From positions 1-51,843 of the forward strand of contig JANPNB010000298.1 in assembly GCA_031427275.1 (NCBI GenBank): a stretch of 51,843 nucleotides of DNA, read 5' to 3'. This stretch comes from Alphaproteobacteria bacterium (GTDB lineage: Bacteria; Pseudomonadota; Alphaproteobacteria; Caulobacterales; Caulobacteraceae). Under the pieces are notes generated by a model. The model made no database searches. It worked only from the letters and a program-made list of their open reading frames with translations, and had not been told where the DNA came from. Both the position numbers and the translations under genes were made by a program. Positions 11,310 through 22,474 of this stretch are shown piece by piece (the first letter of the stretch is position 1; every line of letters begins with the position of its first letter).

Positions 11310-11710
11310 TTATCGCCCGCCAGCACGTAGGAGGCGACCGAGATGTATTTGCGCCCCGCGTCCTGAGCGTGCGCAACGCTGTCTTCTAGGGAGCACTTGG
11401 TCCGGACACTGGCCAGCTTGATCAACATGGGCAGGTTCAGCCCGGCAATGACCTCAGCCTTGGTCTGTTCCATCACCGAGATTGCGAGGTTGGACGGCGT
11501 ACCGCCAAACATGTCGGTCAGCAGAATCACCCCGGCGCCAGTATCAACCTCGGCACAGGCCGCCAGGATATCCTTCCTGCGCTTCTCCATATCGTCCTCG
11601 GGACCAATACAGATTGCCGCGACGCCGGCTTGAGGGCCGACGACATGCTCCATGGCCAGAACGAACTCTTTGGCTAGGCGTCCGTGCGTAACGATCACCA
11701 GACCGATCAT
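11306..11710 (-). CDS. manX: PTS mannose-type EIIA component
   Basis: Motifs MIGLVIVTHG, LTDMFGGTPSN and GLNLPMLI. Confidence 0.92.
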   Translation of the reverse strand: MIGLVIVTHGRLAKEFVLAMEHVVGPQAGVAAICIGPEDDMEKRRKDILAACAEVDTGAGVILLTDMFGGTPSNLAISVMEQTKAEVIAGLNLPMLIKLASVRTKCSLEDSVAHAQDAGRKYISVASYVLAGDK

Positions 11711-11801
11711 ATCAATACTCTCAACGGGAATCCCCACCCGGCTGCGGCGTTAAGGCCTCCGCGCGGGCGTCTAGATACGCTCCTTCTTCGTCGGCTCCAA
11801 G

Positions 11802-12206
11802 TCACCTCAGTGCGCGACCTATTTTCGCAAGGCTGGAACCCTCCAGCAGGGGCAACACCAAGTGGGGGAGCTGTAACCCTAGATAGATGAACTTGTCCGC
11901 GCCCGGCAGCCGCTCAGGCGTGCCATCGGCGACGGACAACTGGATGGCGCAGTACGGCAAACTTGGCTCAAACACCACGTCCAGGCCCCTCACCTCGATC
12001 TTTCCGGCCAAGGCGTCCGGCGCACGGCCATAGAGTTCGCCGCGCGAAATCCAGATCAGGGTACGATCATCAGCCACCAGCCGCCACCCAGCCTCGATCA
12101 TGCGCAGCGCCAGATCGCTCTTTCCCGCGCCTGATGGTCCGGTGATTAGAACGCCCCGCCATCTGGCCTTTTCATAAGCCGCCATCAGCCCGGCATGCAG
12201 GATCAC
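11802..12206 (-). CDS. hprK: HPr kinase/phosphorylase, short alphaproteobacterial form
   Basis: Walker A GVLITGPSGAGKSDLAL, LVADD and IEVRGL. Lies between chvG and EIIA, as is usual. Confidence 0.88.
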   Translation of the reverse strand: MILHAGLMAAYEKARWRGVLITGPSGAGKSDLALRMIEAGWRLVADDRTLIWISRGELYGRAPDALAGKIEVRGLDVVFEPSLPYCAIQLSVADGTPERLPGADKFIYLGLQLPHLVLPLLEGSSLAKIGRALR

Positions 12207-13804
12207 CGCTTGGCTTCCGGCAGTGTGGCGACGAAACGCGCGCCAAGCACGGTACCATCCTCGGCTGTTCGGTTCTCTGCGTGAAGGGTTCCGCCCTGAG
12301 CCTCGACGATCTGGCGCGCGATCGATAGGCCTAGGCCAGAATTACCGCCAAACGCTGAGCCTTTCGGTCGCGACGTGTAGAACCGTTCAAACACCGTCTC
12401 GAGGTTGTCGAGTGGAATGCCGGGCCCATCGTCATCGACCGTGACCACGGCCTCGCTGCGGCTGCGGCTGCGGTCCAGACTGACGCGGACCTCGCCCCCG
12501 GTGCTGCTAAAGGATCTGGCGTTATCGATCAGATTGCGAACCACCTGGCCCAACGGCCCCTCACGGCCAGAAACCATGACGGGCTCTAGGCCGTCGGGCG
12601 GGACATAGGTGACCGATACCTCACCAGGACGGATCGAGACTTCATAGACCTGGACAATATCGCCGAGCAGCTTGCCCAAATCAAAGGCTCGCGGATCCTC
12701 TCGCGACAATTCAGCGTCTAGTCGCGAGGCATTGGAGATGTCTGTGACCAGCCGGTCAAGACGCTGAACATCATTCTTCAGAATACCGAGCAACCGGTCG
12801 CGGGCCGCCGGGTCTGTGACCAAGTCAAGCGTCTCAACAGCCGACCGCAACGAAGTCAGTGGATTTTTGATCTCGTGGGCGACATCGGCGGCAAAACGTT
12901 CAATGGCCCCCATTCGCTCGGACTGCGCGTCTGTCATAGCCTCCAGGGCCCGGGTGAGGTCGCCGAGTTCATCATCGCGCTTGGCGATGTCCGGTAAAGA
13001 GATCGAACGGGCTTTGGACAGTCTTACCCGGTCGGCCGCGTCGGCGAGCCGTCGAACCGGAAGCGCGATTAGTGTGTTGAGCAGCAGCGACGAAACAAAG
13101 GTCACGGCGATAGACAGCAGGATGAACGGGAGCAGAGCGGCCCGTTGCCGGGCGATCGTCTCGTCCACGTCATTGGCCTGGAGGGTCAGCACCCCCAAGA
13201 CTGCGCGCACGTGCTGGATCGGTATGGATACCGAGACCACACGCTCGCCATCCTCAGCGACACGCATGCCAGCCATATGTCGGCCCGTTAGGGCTTGTCC
13301 CACCTCATAGGTCAGGGCTGCGTCGACCGCAGGGGTTGGCAGAGGCTTTGGCGCTTTGAACTGGAGATTGACGCCAGCTTCGTCCCGCGGTTTGGCGGGT
13401 GGCAGCACCTTCCATTCGACCCGATCTGCCACCCAATAGCTGTCGGCGATCAAGTGACCCTGTTTGTCGAACAATCGTGCCCGCTGGGTGCGGGGGTTGG
13501 ACAACAGTTGGAGGATCTGGCTGGCGTAACCTGGGTCCATGGAGGGTGTGGGTTCGCCGACGGTTGCGGCCTGATCAATGATCGTGGCGATCAATTCGCC
13601 CTGGGTGCTCAGGCTGTCGATCCGGGCAATCACCAACCCGCGCCGCAGTTCGTTCAACACCAGGGCCCCAACGATTAAGATCGCCAGCCCCAACATATTG
13701 AGCACGATGATTAAACGCCCCAGGCGCGAGCCTGGCAGCCATCTTAACCAGACCGGCTCGTCAGAGCCGCGGTCAGGACTCGCGGTATCGGTATCCGACG
13801 CCAT
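12203..13804 (-). CDS. chvG: Sensor histidine kinase ChvG
   Basis: Two TM helices, a HAMP domain, H-box [30 protein letters not shown] and [11 protein letters not shown]. Directly downstream of chvI. Confidence 0.93.
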   Translation of the reverse strand: MASDTDTASPDRGSDEPVWLRWLPGSRLGRLIIVLNMLGLAILIVGALVLNELRRGLVIARIDSLSTQGELIATIIDQAATVGEPTPSMDPGYASQILQLLSNPRTQRARLFDKQGHLIADSYWVADRVEWKVLPPAKPRDEAGVNLQFKAPKPLPTPAVDAALTYEVGQALTGRHMAGMRVAEDGERVVSVSIPIQHVRAVLGVLTLQANDVDETIARQRAALLPFILLSIAVTFVSSLLLNTLIALPVRRLADAADRVRLSKARSISLPDIAKRDDELGDLTRALEAMTDAQSERMGAIERFAADVAHEIKNPLTSLRSAVETLDLVTDPAARDRLLGILKNDVQRLDRLVTDISNASRLDAELSREDPRAFDLGKLLGDIVQVYEVSIRPGEVSVTYVPPDGLEPVMVSGREGPLGQVVRNLIDNARSFSSTGGEVRVSLDRSRSRSEAVVTVDDDGPGIPLDNLETVFERFYTSRPKGSAFGGNSGLGLSIARQIVEAQGGTLHAENRTAEDGTVLGARFVATLPEAKR

Positions 13805-14480
13805 AGAGGGTTTCGATTGCGTCGAACTCAGGGTCGACCTCACGGAACTTTTTCCGCATGCGTTTGATATGGCTGTCGATGGTGCGGTCATCAACATAGA
13901 CCTGATCGTCGTAGGCCGCGTCCATCAGGTTGTCGCGGCTCTTCACGAACCCTGGCCGCTGAGCCAAGGATTGCAGCAGCAAGAACTCAGTGACCGTTAG
14001 TTTGACCGGGAGACCGCCCCAGAGACAGTCGTGGCGCGCCGGGTCCAGCGTCAGCTTACCGCGCTGCATCGCGCGCGCGCCAGCCTCGGCTGTGGGGGTA
14101 GGCGCGTCTTCACCATCGGCTCCGGTGCGCCGAAGCAGGGCCTTTACCCGCTCGATTAGCAGCCGCTGGCTGAACGGCTTGTGCATGTAATCGTCAGCAC
14201 CAAGATTGAACCCAAGGATTTCGTCGATCTCTTCGTCCTTCGACGTCAAGATGATCACCGGGATATCAGAGGTCCGGCGCAGCCGGCGCAACACCTCCAT
14301 CCCGTCCATGCGCGGCATTTTCACGTCGAGAATCGCCAAGTCCGGCGGTTCATTCTCGAGGGAAGCAAGGCCGGCCGCGCCATCATGGAAAGCCTTCACG
14401 GTATGTCCGTGGCTCTCCAGGGCGAGGCTGACAGAGGTGACGATGTTCTCATCGTCGTCCACCAGAGTGATTTTGGCCAT
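13773..14480 (-). CDS. chvI: OmpR-family response regulator ChvI
   Basis: Motifs [50 protein letters not shown] and LYGVGYRY. Confidence 0.95.
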   Translation of the reverse strand: MAKITLVDDDENIVTSVSLALESHGHTVKAFHDGAAGLASLENEPPDLAILDVKMPRMDGMEVLRRLRRTSDIPVIILTSKDEEIDEILGFNLGADDYMHKPFSQRLLIERVKALLRRTGADGEDAPTPTAEAGARAMQRGKLTLDPARHDCLWGGLPVKLTVTEFLLLQSLAQRPGFVKSRDNLMDAAYDDQVYVDDRTIDSHIKRMRKKFREVDPEFDAIETLYGVGYRYRES

Positions 14481-14563
14481 TGTCGAAATGGATCCTTGCA
14501 CGAGTTGCGACCAAGCTAGTCGCCTTGCACCGTGGCCTCAATGGGGCGGAGACACCGCTACAG

Positions 14564-14578
14564 TCAATCACACCTTAA
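14564..14578. promoter_or_regulatory. Putative CtrA box in the divergent chvI / 571-aa gene intergenic region
   Basis: The minus strand reads TTAA-GGTGTGA-TTGAC, one mismatch from TTAA-N7-TTAAC. Confidence 0.45.
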
Positions 14579-14617
14579 GCTTGTTGACCGATCCTTGCAC
14601 TCGAAACGGGGAAGCCC

Positions 14618-16333
14618 ATGCCTGAAACACAGGTTCACTACGAACTCTCGACGCGCAAGTCCGCGAGTGCGGGCTGGTCGCTGGACCTTGCCACAGAAGA
14701 TCGCGGCTTTGCGGTCTCGACCGCACAGGAGATGATGCAGGGCGGCAAAGTCGTTGCGGCAAAGGTCATCAAAGAGACACTCGATCCGGAAACCCGCGAG
14801 TTTCAAACCATATCTATCCTGAGCCTTGGTGCCTCCGAGCCCGTCAAGACCAAGAGGGTCGCTGAGAACCTAGAGCCCCTCTGCGTTACGCCGCAGGACC
14901 TGTACACCATTCATGCGCGCGAGCGGATTGGTCGCCTTCTTGAGGCGTGGCTGGAACGGCAGGGGTCGACTGCGTTTGAGCTGTTACACCGAGCCGACCT
15001 GGTAGAGGCGTTAGAAAGCTCCGGCACTGACCTTCAGCACGCTATTCAGAAGGTGGCGATTCCGGAGGCCCAATCGCGCGGCGTGGGCGTCCACGAATTA
15101 ATGCGTACTTTCCAGGCCTTGGTCGAACGCACCATTGAGCGACTGTTGAAGGATGTTCGCAAGGGCGTGGCACCTGATGTCGACAAGCTGGGTTTTGCTG
15201 CCGCCGCCGAATTGGTCGCCAAGGAACCTGAGCGCGCTTACCTTCTGGGAGTCGGAGTCGCGGTTTCGATTGGGGTCACCCGGAACTGGGGCGAGAAGAT
15301 AGGACGCCTGCTGGACCTTGCGGCCGATGCCCCAGTTGCGGGACCTCCCCGCGCTCTGGCGCTTAATGTCCTTGAGCAGCCCCTTTCAGAGATCCTGGGA
15401 TCTCGCCCCGGGATCGATGCTGTTGTCGGCAAGGATTTAGACCTGGGCGCACGCTTGGCCGCCATGACTTGGCTGGCCGCCAGTGGACAGGTGGAGGATT
15501 TGATGAAAATCGAACCTTCGGTGGCCAGCGTCATGCCGCCCTTGACCGCAGGTGCCAAACGATTGGCAAGTTGGTTGGCAACAGAAGATTTCCAAAGCGT
15601 CCGCGTCTCCATCATCAAGCGCGTGGTGCAGGAGCTAACTGGCCCCCGACGGCTGCGTCCAACTGATCCGAAGGGCGAGATTGAGGTGATGCGCGCTCTG
15701 GCCATGACCTTAACCTCGGCGGCGACCGACATCTTGCCCCTTGATGACGTGCAAGAGGCCTTTACCATCCGTTCGAAGATGCTGGTGACGGGCGACTTTG
15801 TCGAGAGTTTCCTTAAGGGTGCAGATTCGGCCCGCGAAGCGGCAGAGAGCCTGACTTGGTTGGTGGAGAATGTGATCGGGGCGGCCAATAAGCGACAGGC
15901 CGCAAGATATCTATCTGCCGCTGTTGGCGGCTTACGGTTCGAGAGCGAATTGCGCGCAGCTTGCGAGTCGCCGGCAACCCGCCTTCGGCACCTTTCCATA
16001 TTGCAAAAGGGCGCGGCGCGGGCAGGCCTAGCACCGGATGACTACAAGCCCATTCAGACCAAGCTCGGGGAGATCGGCGGGCTGGTCGAGGCCGATAGCA
16101 AGATCGTGGCTCAGCTTTCCAAAGGCTCGGCCTCTTCGATCGACCGGTTGACACTGTTGCTGCAGATGGCGATTGGCGATGCCGCCCCCCTGGGCCCGGC
16201 TGCCGACCGCGCCAAGGCGGAGGCGCTTCGACTGGTGCGAAATGACGAGACGCGCCTGGAATTAGCCAAAGCACCCGAGCGGATGGCCAGGGTGCGTGGC
16301 ATGATTCAGCAACTGACCCAGGTGGCGGCCTAA
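14618..16333 (+). CDS. Hypothetical protein, predicted largely alpha-helical (571 aa)
   Basis: Long ORF with a GGGGA RBS and no recognisable catalytic motif. Confidence 0.8.
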   Translation: MPETQVHYELSTRKSASAGWSLDLATEDRGFAVSTAQEMMQGGKVVAAKVIKETLDPETREFQTISILSLGASEPVKTKRVAENLEPLCVTPQDLYTIHARERIGRLLEAWLERQGSTAFELLHRADLVEALESSGTDLQHAIQKVAIPEAQSRGVGVHELMRTFQALVERTIERLLKDVRKGVAPDVDKLGFAAAAELVAKEPERAYLLGVGVAVSIGVTRNWGEKIGRLLDLAADAPVAGPPRALALNVLEQPLSEILGSRPGIDAVVGKDLDLGARLAAMTWLAASGQVEDLMKIEPSVASVMPPLTAGAKRLASWLATEDFQSVRVSIIKRVVQELTGPRRLRPTDPKGEIEVMRALAMTLTSAATDILPLDDVQEAFTIRSKMLVTGDFVESFLKGADSAREAAESLTWLVENVIGAANKRQAARYLSAAVGGLRFESELRAACESPATRLRHLSILQKGAARAGLAPDDYKPIQTKLGEIGGLVEADSKIVAQLSKGSASSIDRLTLLLQMAIGDAAPLGPAADRAKAEALRLVRNDETRLELAKAPERMARVRGMIQQLTQVAA

Positions 16334-17493
16334 GGCTTTAACGCGCTCGCCAAGGCACCAACGACTCGATCGACGTCCTGATCGTCCATACCGGGATAGA
16401 GCGGTAAGGACAGGCACTTCTCGTACCAGTCCTCGGCACCGGGCAAGCTCAATGGCCCATATCGCTCAACGAAATAGGGCTGGCGATGGACCGGGATGTA
16501 ATGGACCTGACTACCAATGCCCTCGGCAGACAGCCTTTCCATAACCTGACGGCGCGTTTTGCCGACAGCTGCGAAATCAATCAAAACCACCATCAAATGC
16601 AGGACAGGATCGCTCCAGGTCGGACTAACAGCAGCTTGGACCACAGGTGCCAGCGGGATCAAGGCAGCTTGATAACGCGCCGCGAGCGCCCGCCTTCGAA
16701 CTGCAAACTGCGGCAGTTTGGACAATTGCGACTGACCCAATGCACACAGAATGTCGGGCAGGCGATAATTGAACCCCGGTTCAGGCATCTCGTACCACCA
16801 AGGGTCGCCACCGGGGGGGCGGATCATTCCGTGGCTTCGTAGGGTTCGCAGGCGTTCGGCTAGGTGGGGGTCGTTGGTGGTGACCATCCCACCCTCACCG
16901 GTGGCAATGGTCTTGACGGGATGGAAGGAGAAGGTCGCCATGGCTGAGTGGCGAACGTCACCAATCTGTTCCCTTACATTGCCGAAGGTCGCTGTTGATC
17001 CCAACGCGTGGGGCGCGTCCTCCACCAGGACCGCACCCGCTTGGGTCGCCAAGGCTGAGAGGCCATCCAGCTGGGCCACGTCACCGCGCAGGTGAACAGG
17101 CAAGACGGCCCGAAGTCGGCGGTCGCCGACCCGGCTTATGGCTTCGGACAGCGTATCGGGGGTCATCAAGCCCGTCAGGGGATCGACATCGGCAAACACC
17201 ACCTCGGCACCGACGTATCGCGCGCAATTCGCTGTCGCCAAAAAAGTGATGGAGGGGGCAATGCACACTTCACCCGGCCGAACGTCCAGCGCCAGCATGG
17301 AAAGGTGCAGGGCCGCCGTGCCGTTGCTACAGGCCACGGCGTGTTGGGCACCTACGGCTTCCGCAAAGGCGGTCTCAAAAGACTCCACCCGGGGGCCTGT
17401 CGTTAGAAAGTCGGAACGCAACGCCGCGACAACGGCAGCGATATCGTCGTCGTCAATGCTTTGGCGACCATAGGGGAGATGGGCGGGGGACAT
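16330..17493 (-). CDS. pseC: UDP-4-amino-4,6-dideoxy-N-acetyl-beta-L-altrosamine transaminase (FlmB-like)
   Basis: DegT/DnrJ family motifs LPYGRQSID, LTTGP, SNGTAALH and FSFHPVKTIATGEGGM (PLP Lys). Directly downstream of pseB. Confidence 0.92.
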   Translation of the reverse strand: MSPAHLPYGRQSIDDDDIAAVVAALRSDFLTTGPRVESFETAFAEAVGAQHAVACSNGTAALHLSMLALDVRPGEVCIAPSITFLATANCARYVGAEVVFADVDPLTGLMTPDTLSEAISRVGDRRLRAVLPVHLRGDVAQLDGLSALATQAGAVLVEDAPHALGSTATFGNVREQIGDVRHSAMATFSFHPVKTIATGEGGMVTTNDPHLAERLRTLRSHGMIRPPGGDPWWYEMPEPGFNYRLPDILCALGQSQLSKLPQFAVRRRALAARYQAALIPLAPVVQAAVSPTWSDPVLHLMVVLIDFAAVGKTRRQVMERLSAEGIGSQVHYIPVHRQPYFVERYGPLSLPGAEDWYEKCLSLPLYPGMDDQDVDRVVGALASALKP

Positions 17494-17495
17494 GA

Positions 17496-18625
<1,130 letters not shown>

Positions 18626-18647
18626 CATGATGTGGCGTGTTGTCGCC

Positions 18648-19049
18648 ATGGATCGTCGCCAAGCCAGTCTTGCCCTGCTCATCGCAATGATATTGCCGAG
18701 CGTCGCCGTCGCCTCGGGCGGGGGGGAAAAGAAGAAGGGCGGGGGCGTGTCCTTCCTGCAATTGGGCGCAATCACCGCCACGGTCCTTCGGGCCAACGGT
18801 CGTCGGGGCGCGCTAACCGTCGAGGTTGGTGTGGATGTCCCCAACCCCGCGCTTCAGGTCAGAGCTACGCAATTGGCGCCAAGATTTCGCGCTGCCTTCG
18901 TGCAAACCTTGCAGACCTATGCCGCCGGTCTGCCGCCTGCCGCTCTGCCGAATGCCGACTTCCTCTCACGCGAGATGCAGCGCCAAACCGACCTTGTGCT
19001 TGGCGCAAAGGGCGGCAAGCTCCTTCTGGGAACTATCCTCGTCAATTAG
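18648..19049 (+). CDS. Small exported FliL-like protein
   Basis: Signal or TM segment MDRRQASLALLIAMILPSVAVA, a G/K linker, then a FliL-like pattern (TVEVGVDV...PRFRAAF...L..EMQR..D.VLG......LL..ILVN). Confidence 0.55.
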   Translation: MDRRQASLALLIAMILPSVAVASGGGEKKKGGGVSFLQLGAITATVLRANGRRGALTVEVGVDVPNPALQVRATQLAPRFRAAFVQTLQTYAAGLPPAALPNADFLSREMQRQTDLVLGAKGGKLLLGTILVN

Positions 19050-20143
19050 ACGTCTGCGCGGCGCCCCAGCATTTCGAAGGATCCGAGATCAAGGGCCTGG
19101 GCACAGTGGCGGCGGGCCATCGTCATGAACATAGCGTCTCCTCGCTCGGTTTGTTTGGTCCCGACCGAGGCAAAAATCGCCGTAAAGACGCCCTGCAAGA
19201 GATAATGACGATAGGCCTCCCAGGCCTCATCCCAGCTGTAGTTCACACCGTAACGCTTGAGCGTATCAAGCCATTGTCGCAGCAGGTCCTGTTCATGGGG
19301 ACGACGCAGTTCAGGCTCCAGCCCGGCTCCGATGAAATAACCGACATCCAGGACACCCGGTCCCAGAGTAACTGACTGCCAGTCCAGAACCGCAAGCGGC
19401 CAGCGACCGCCCTGGGGGTCGAACAGCATATTGTCCAGTCGAAAATCCAGATGCTGCAAGGTCCTGGGTGCCGCAGGGCCGCTAAAATAGAACTTGCCGA
19501 TATGGGTCGCGAATGTCCGGCAGGCGGCCATGTGATCGGCTTCCAAGACGTCGCCGTATCGCGCCTCAAAGGCCTGAAAGATCGGTCCAAACATCTCAAC
19601 TATCGCTGTGGGCGGCACAGCGCCCCGGTTTAGAAAGGCGACATCGGCCAGTGACGGGTCAGCCCAACGCGGACCATGCAGGGCGGCGGCCTCGACCATA
19701 GCGGTCTGAGCATCGGCCAAGGAACACCCGGTCAACTGGTTGCCGGCGCGCGCCGGACCCATGTCTTCCATAATCAGGGCAAAATCAGCGGTCGCATCGT
19801 CAATCTGCGCGAAGTAGGCTTTGGGGGTGCGGATCGACACCGTCGACGCCACCTCCTGATAGAACCTGATTTCATTCAAATAGAGGCCAAGTCCCGCGCC
19901 AGTTGCCCGACTGACCGGGTCAGCGGAGGGAAATTTCCCAACCACGGCCTTTGGAGCCTGCAGACTTGACCGATCATAGGTCAGGTCGAAGCGCACGCTC
20001 TCGCCCAACATACCGTCCCCGACGCGGGTGGCCTGCGCGCCAATAACCTTGGCTCCGCCAAGCGCACCAGCCTGTTCCAGAACCTGAGTCAGCCATTCCG
20101 GTGTCACCCCATCGGGGGTGCTGATGATCGCGACCTCAGCCAT
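19046..20143 (-). CDS. APH/ecdysteroid-kinase-like (EcKL) phosphotransferase
   Basis: Motifs VVGKF, E.RFY, LIMEDM, Brenner-type HLDFRLDNMLF and LDWQ. Confidence 0.85.
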   Translation of the reverse strand: MAEVAIISTPDGVTPEWLTQVLEQAGALGGAKVIGAQATRVGDGMLGESVRFDLTYDRSSLQAPKAVVGKFPSADPVSRATGAGLGLYLNEIRFYQEVASTVSIRTPKAYFAQIDDATADFALIMEDMGPARAGNQLTGCSLADAQTAMVEAAALHGPRWADPSLADVAFLNRGAVPPTAIVEMFGPIFQAFEARYGDVLEADHMAACRTFATHIGKFYFSGPAAPRTLQHLDFRLDNMLFDPQGGRWPLAVLDWQSVTLGPGVLDVGYFIGAGLEPELRRPHEQDLLRQWLDTLKRYGVNYSWDEAWEAYRHYLLQGVFTAIFASVGTKQTERGDAMFMTMARRHCAQALDLGSFEMLGRRADV

Positions 20144-20505
20144 CAGGGTGCCGGAGCCAGAGTGTGGGTATAGACCTCGTTCAACGCGATCAAATCGTCC
20201 TTCAAGATCACCAGATCAAAACCCCGCAGCATCGGTGCTGCCAGAGGGTCATCGCCCAACACGCAAAGCCAGCGCCCACAGAAGCCACTATCCGTGGTCC
20301 AGATTTCGTCGGGGTCGTAGCGCATGGGTGGGGTGGCGGCGAATAGTCCCGTCAGATAGGCGCGCAGGGGGCCATGGCCGGAGAGGCCATGCGGCACCTG
20401 CTGATCCAGATACTGACAATCGGGCGCGTAAAATGTGAGCAAATGCTCAACATCTCTATCGCTCCAGGCCTGCAGCCAGCGCGCATTGAAGTCGGAAATG
20501 TCCAT
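20143..20505 (-). CDS. SnoaL-like / NTF2-family protein
   Basis: 120 aa with the pattern AW..RD...L..FYAPD..Y.D.......G...LR.YL...F and a C-terminal G.D......D.I....VY. Confidence 0.85.
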   Translation of the reverse strand: MDISDFNARWLQAWSDRDVEHLLTFYAPDCQYLDQQVPHGLSGHGPLRAYLTGLFAATPPMRYDPDEIWTTDSGFCGRWLCVLGDDPLAAPMLRGFDLVILKDDLIALNEVYTHTLAPAP

Positions 20506-20506
20506 C

Positions 20507-21727
20507 CTAGGCTCCCAGGACGCGTGCGCGATGCTCGGGTGTAAAGACGTCTGGCGGCAACATTTCAGGGCCTGCCATTGTGGCGAAAGCGTGCATCCGC
20601 AAGGACGGATCGATTAGGGCGGCTTGGTGATGCCGTTGACGGCGCTGGGCGGCGTCGGCTCCGAATTCGGCCTCAAGCGATGATGTCAAGGCCGCCGCGA
20701 ACCTTAAGCGGCGCAAACGCTCTGCCCGCTCCTGCGCGTAGGGGCCAAAATCCGGGACACCGCCCTGCTTGAGGGTATCGCTGACGATGCGGACATCGCG
20801 GTAGGTGATCGAGAGACCTTGCCCGATGATCGGGTCGTTCCACCCGGCGGCGTCGCCAATCAGAACTCCGCCCAGGGCGTAGGGCTGATCGGTCCAGGCA
20901 TCATTATTGAAATAGCTGAACAGTGGGCCGGCCGGACGAGCTCTGGAAATCTTGACGTGGTCGGGCGCGCACTTGGTGCTGAAAGCCTCCATAAACGCGC
21001 GGGGGCCATCCTGGCTGGCGAACATGCGACGTTGGGCGATGGGAAAGCAGCCGTAGACCCGGACGCGGCCGTCGCCCTGCGGGAAAGTCAGAAAATTGAA
21101 TTCACCTTCAGTGCCGATGGTTTGACGGCTGGCATCCCAATCCTCCACCCCGTCCACCAGCAATCCAGCGAACATGTGATGCGGTGGGTCTTGGTGAAGC
21201 CGCACACCCAAAGCTTCGCGGACCATAGACGCGCGACCGTCGGCCCCGACCAGCAGGCCGCCAGATGCCGTGTGCTCGCCCTCGCCATCAATCCAGGTCA
21301 CGCTGGGAGCCGATCCGGCGGTCAGAGACTGCACTTGGACCCCGCGAAATGCGCTCACGCCACACCGAAGCGCCTCATCGAAGAGGGTTTGGCAATGATG
21401 AGGATGACCAATACAGAGCGGCCCCGATATGCCGGGCACGAAGAGTTCCAGCGGCGTCGGCTGGGCTTCTGAGGCCGCTGCCGAGCGAGTCTCATCGTAG
21501 GTCACATGGGTCGCGACATGGTGGCCGCCTGCCCCCATCAACAGGTCATAGAGGCCCAGGCTTTGGACTTCCTTGACGCCCCACGGCGCAATCCATTCGC
21601 CCCGGACCCGGTCTTCATAGACCTCTGAGGCCTCCAGAAGCAGCACATTCGATCCCGCGCGGGACATGGTGATTGAAAGGGCGCACCCGCCGATCCCGGC
21701 TCCGACAACAATGAGATCATAGTTCAT
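20507..21727 (-). CDS. FAD-dependent monooxygenase/oxidoreductase (FAD_binding_3-like)
   Basis: GAGIGG dinucleotide fold, LLVGADGRAS.VR and IGDAAGWNDPIIGQG. GAGGA RBS before ATG 21727. Confidence 0.88.
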   Translation of the reverse strand: MNYDLIVVGAGIGGCALSITMSRAGSNVLLLEASEVYEDRVRGEWIAPWGVKEVQSLGLYDLLMGAGGHHVATHVTYDETRSAAASEAQPTPLELFVPGISGPLCIGHPHHCQTLFDEALRCGVSAFRGVQVQSLTAGSAPSVTWIDGEGEHTASGGLLVGADGRASMVREALGVRLHQDPPHHMFAGLLVDGVEDWDASRQTIGTEGEFNFLTFPQGDGRVRVYGCFPIAQRRMFASQDGPRAFMEAFSTKCAPDHVKISRARPAGPLFSYFNNDAWTDQPYALGGVLIGDAAGWNDPIIGQGLSITYRDVRIVSDTLKQGGVPDFGPYAQERAERLRRLRFAAALTSSLEAEFGADAAQRRQRHHQAALIDPSLRMHAFATMAGPEMLPPDVFTPEHRARVLGA

Positions 21728-21801
21728 CGTGGCATCCTCTCGGCAGTCCTCTCCGAAAGACAACAGCTTTACCCAAAGGAGCACAAGCCCGACTTGGTCA
21801 G

Positions 21802-21912
21802 CTAGAGCAGTTTCGATAAGTGAGAACCGCCGCTAGGACGAAAGCACGCTCTAACTCTTTAGAGCCCAGTTTCTCCCGTCAGGCGGATCCGTCTGAAGGG
21901 AACGGGCTTTAG
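21802..21912. repeat. Short palindromic intergenic repeat (CIR/RIME-like), copy 1
   Basis: Begins CTAGAGC and has two hairpin arms. The right arm TAGAGCCCAGTTTCTCCCGTCAGGCGGATCCGTCTGAAGGGAACGGGCTTTAG is nearly identical to 23038-23090. Confidence 0.8.
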
Positions 21913-22469
21913 GGTCGCACACCGATCGGCAATCCGCCTAGGGTATCAAACAAGCCAGGGCCATCACCGATATTCGCCTTCTCAATGGCCAAAAGGGCGA
22001 GCTTGGTATTGACGCCGCCGTGCGCCGAGAAACCCACCAGCTTCCCGCCCGTCCCCATCACCCGGTGGCAGGGCACAACGATTGGCCAAGGATTGCGGCC
22101 CATGGCTTGACCAACACTGCGGGCATCAACCCCCACCTGTTTGGCGATTTGTCCGTAGGTCAGGGTTGAACCGGGTGGAACAGCGCGCGTCGCCGCATAG
22201 ATCCGGGTCAGGGCGGGGCTGAGGCGCGTCACATCAAGCGCAATGTCTGTAAGGTCGGTGTCGCCATCAACCATAAGTTTCTGGATATTCGTAATTGCCC
22301 GCGCCGCCTCACCGAGAGGTACAGCCTCCGAGGACCATGGAAATCGTTTGGCGATCCGGGCTAGGCTCTCATCACGCCCGCCTTCGGGCAACAAGACGCC
22401 AACCAGGCCCACATCATTCCAAACCACGCCGCAGAGGCCGATCTCGGTAGGGAACAGAGCATGGGGCAT
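21909..22469 (-). CDS. ogt: Methylated-DNA--protein-cysteine methyltransferase
   Basis: Motifs TYGQIA, ARSVGQAMGRNP and active-site PCHRV. Confidence 0.93.
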   Translation of the reverse strand: MPHALFPTEIGLCGVVWNDVGLVGVLLPEGGRDESLARIAKRFPWSSEAVPLGEAARAITNIQKLMVDGDTDLTDIALDVTRLSPALTRIYAATRAVPPGSTLTYGQIAKQVGVDARSVGQAMGRNPWPIVVPCHRVMGTGGKLVGFSAHGGVNTKLALLAIEKANIGDGPGLFDTLGGLPIGVRP

Positions 22470-22474
22470 GCTGA

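Noticed and set aside
18632-19375. 247-aa plus-strand ORF overlapping the FliL-like and kinase genes
   Set aside because: It is an alternative frame with Arg/Cys-rich non-protein-like composition that overlaps two better-supported genes.
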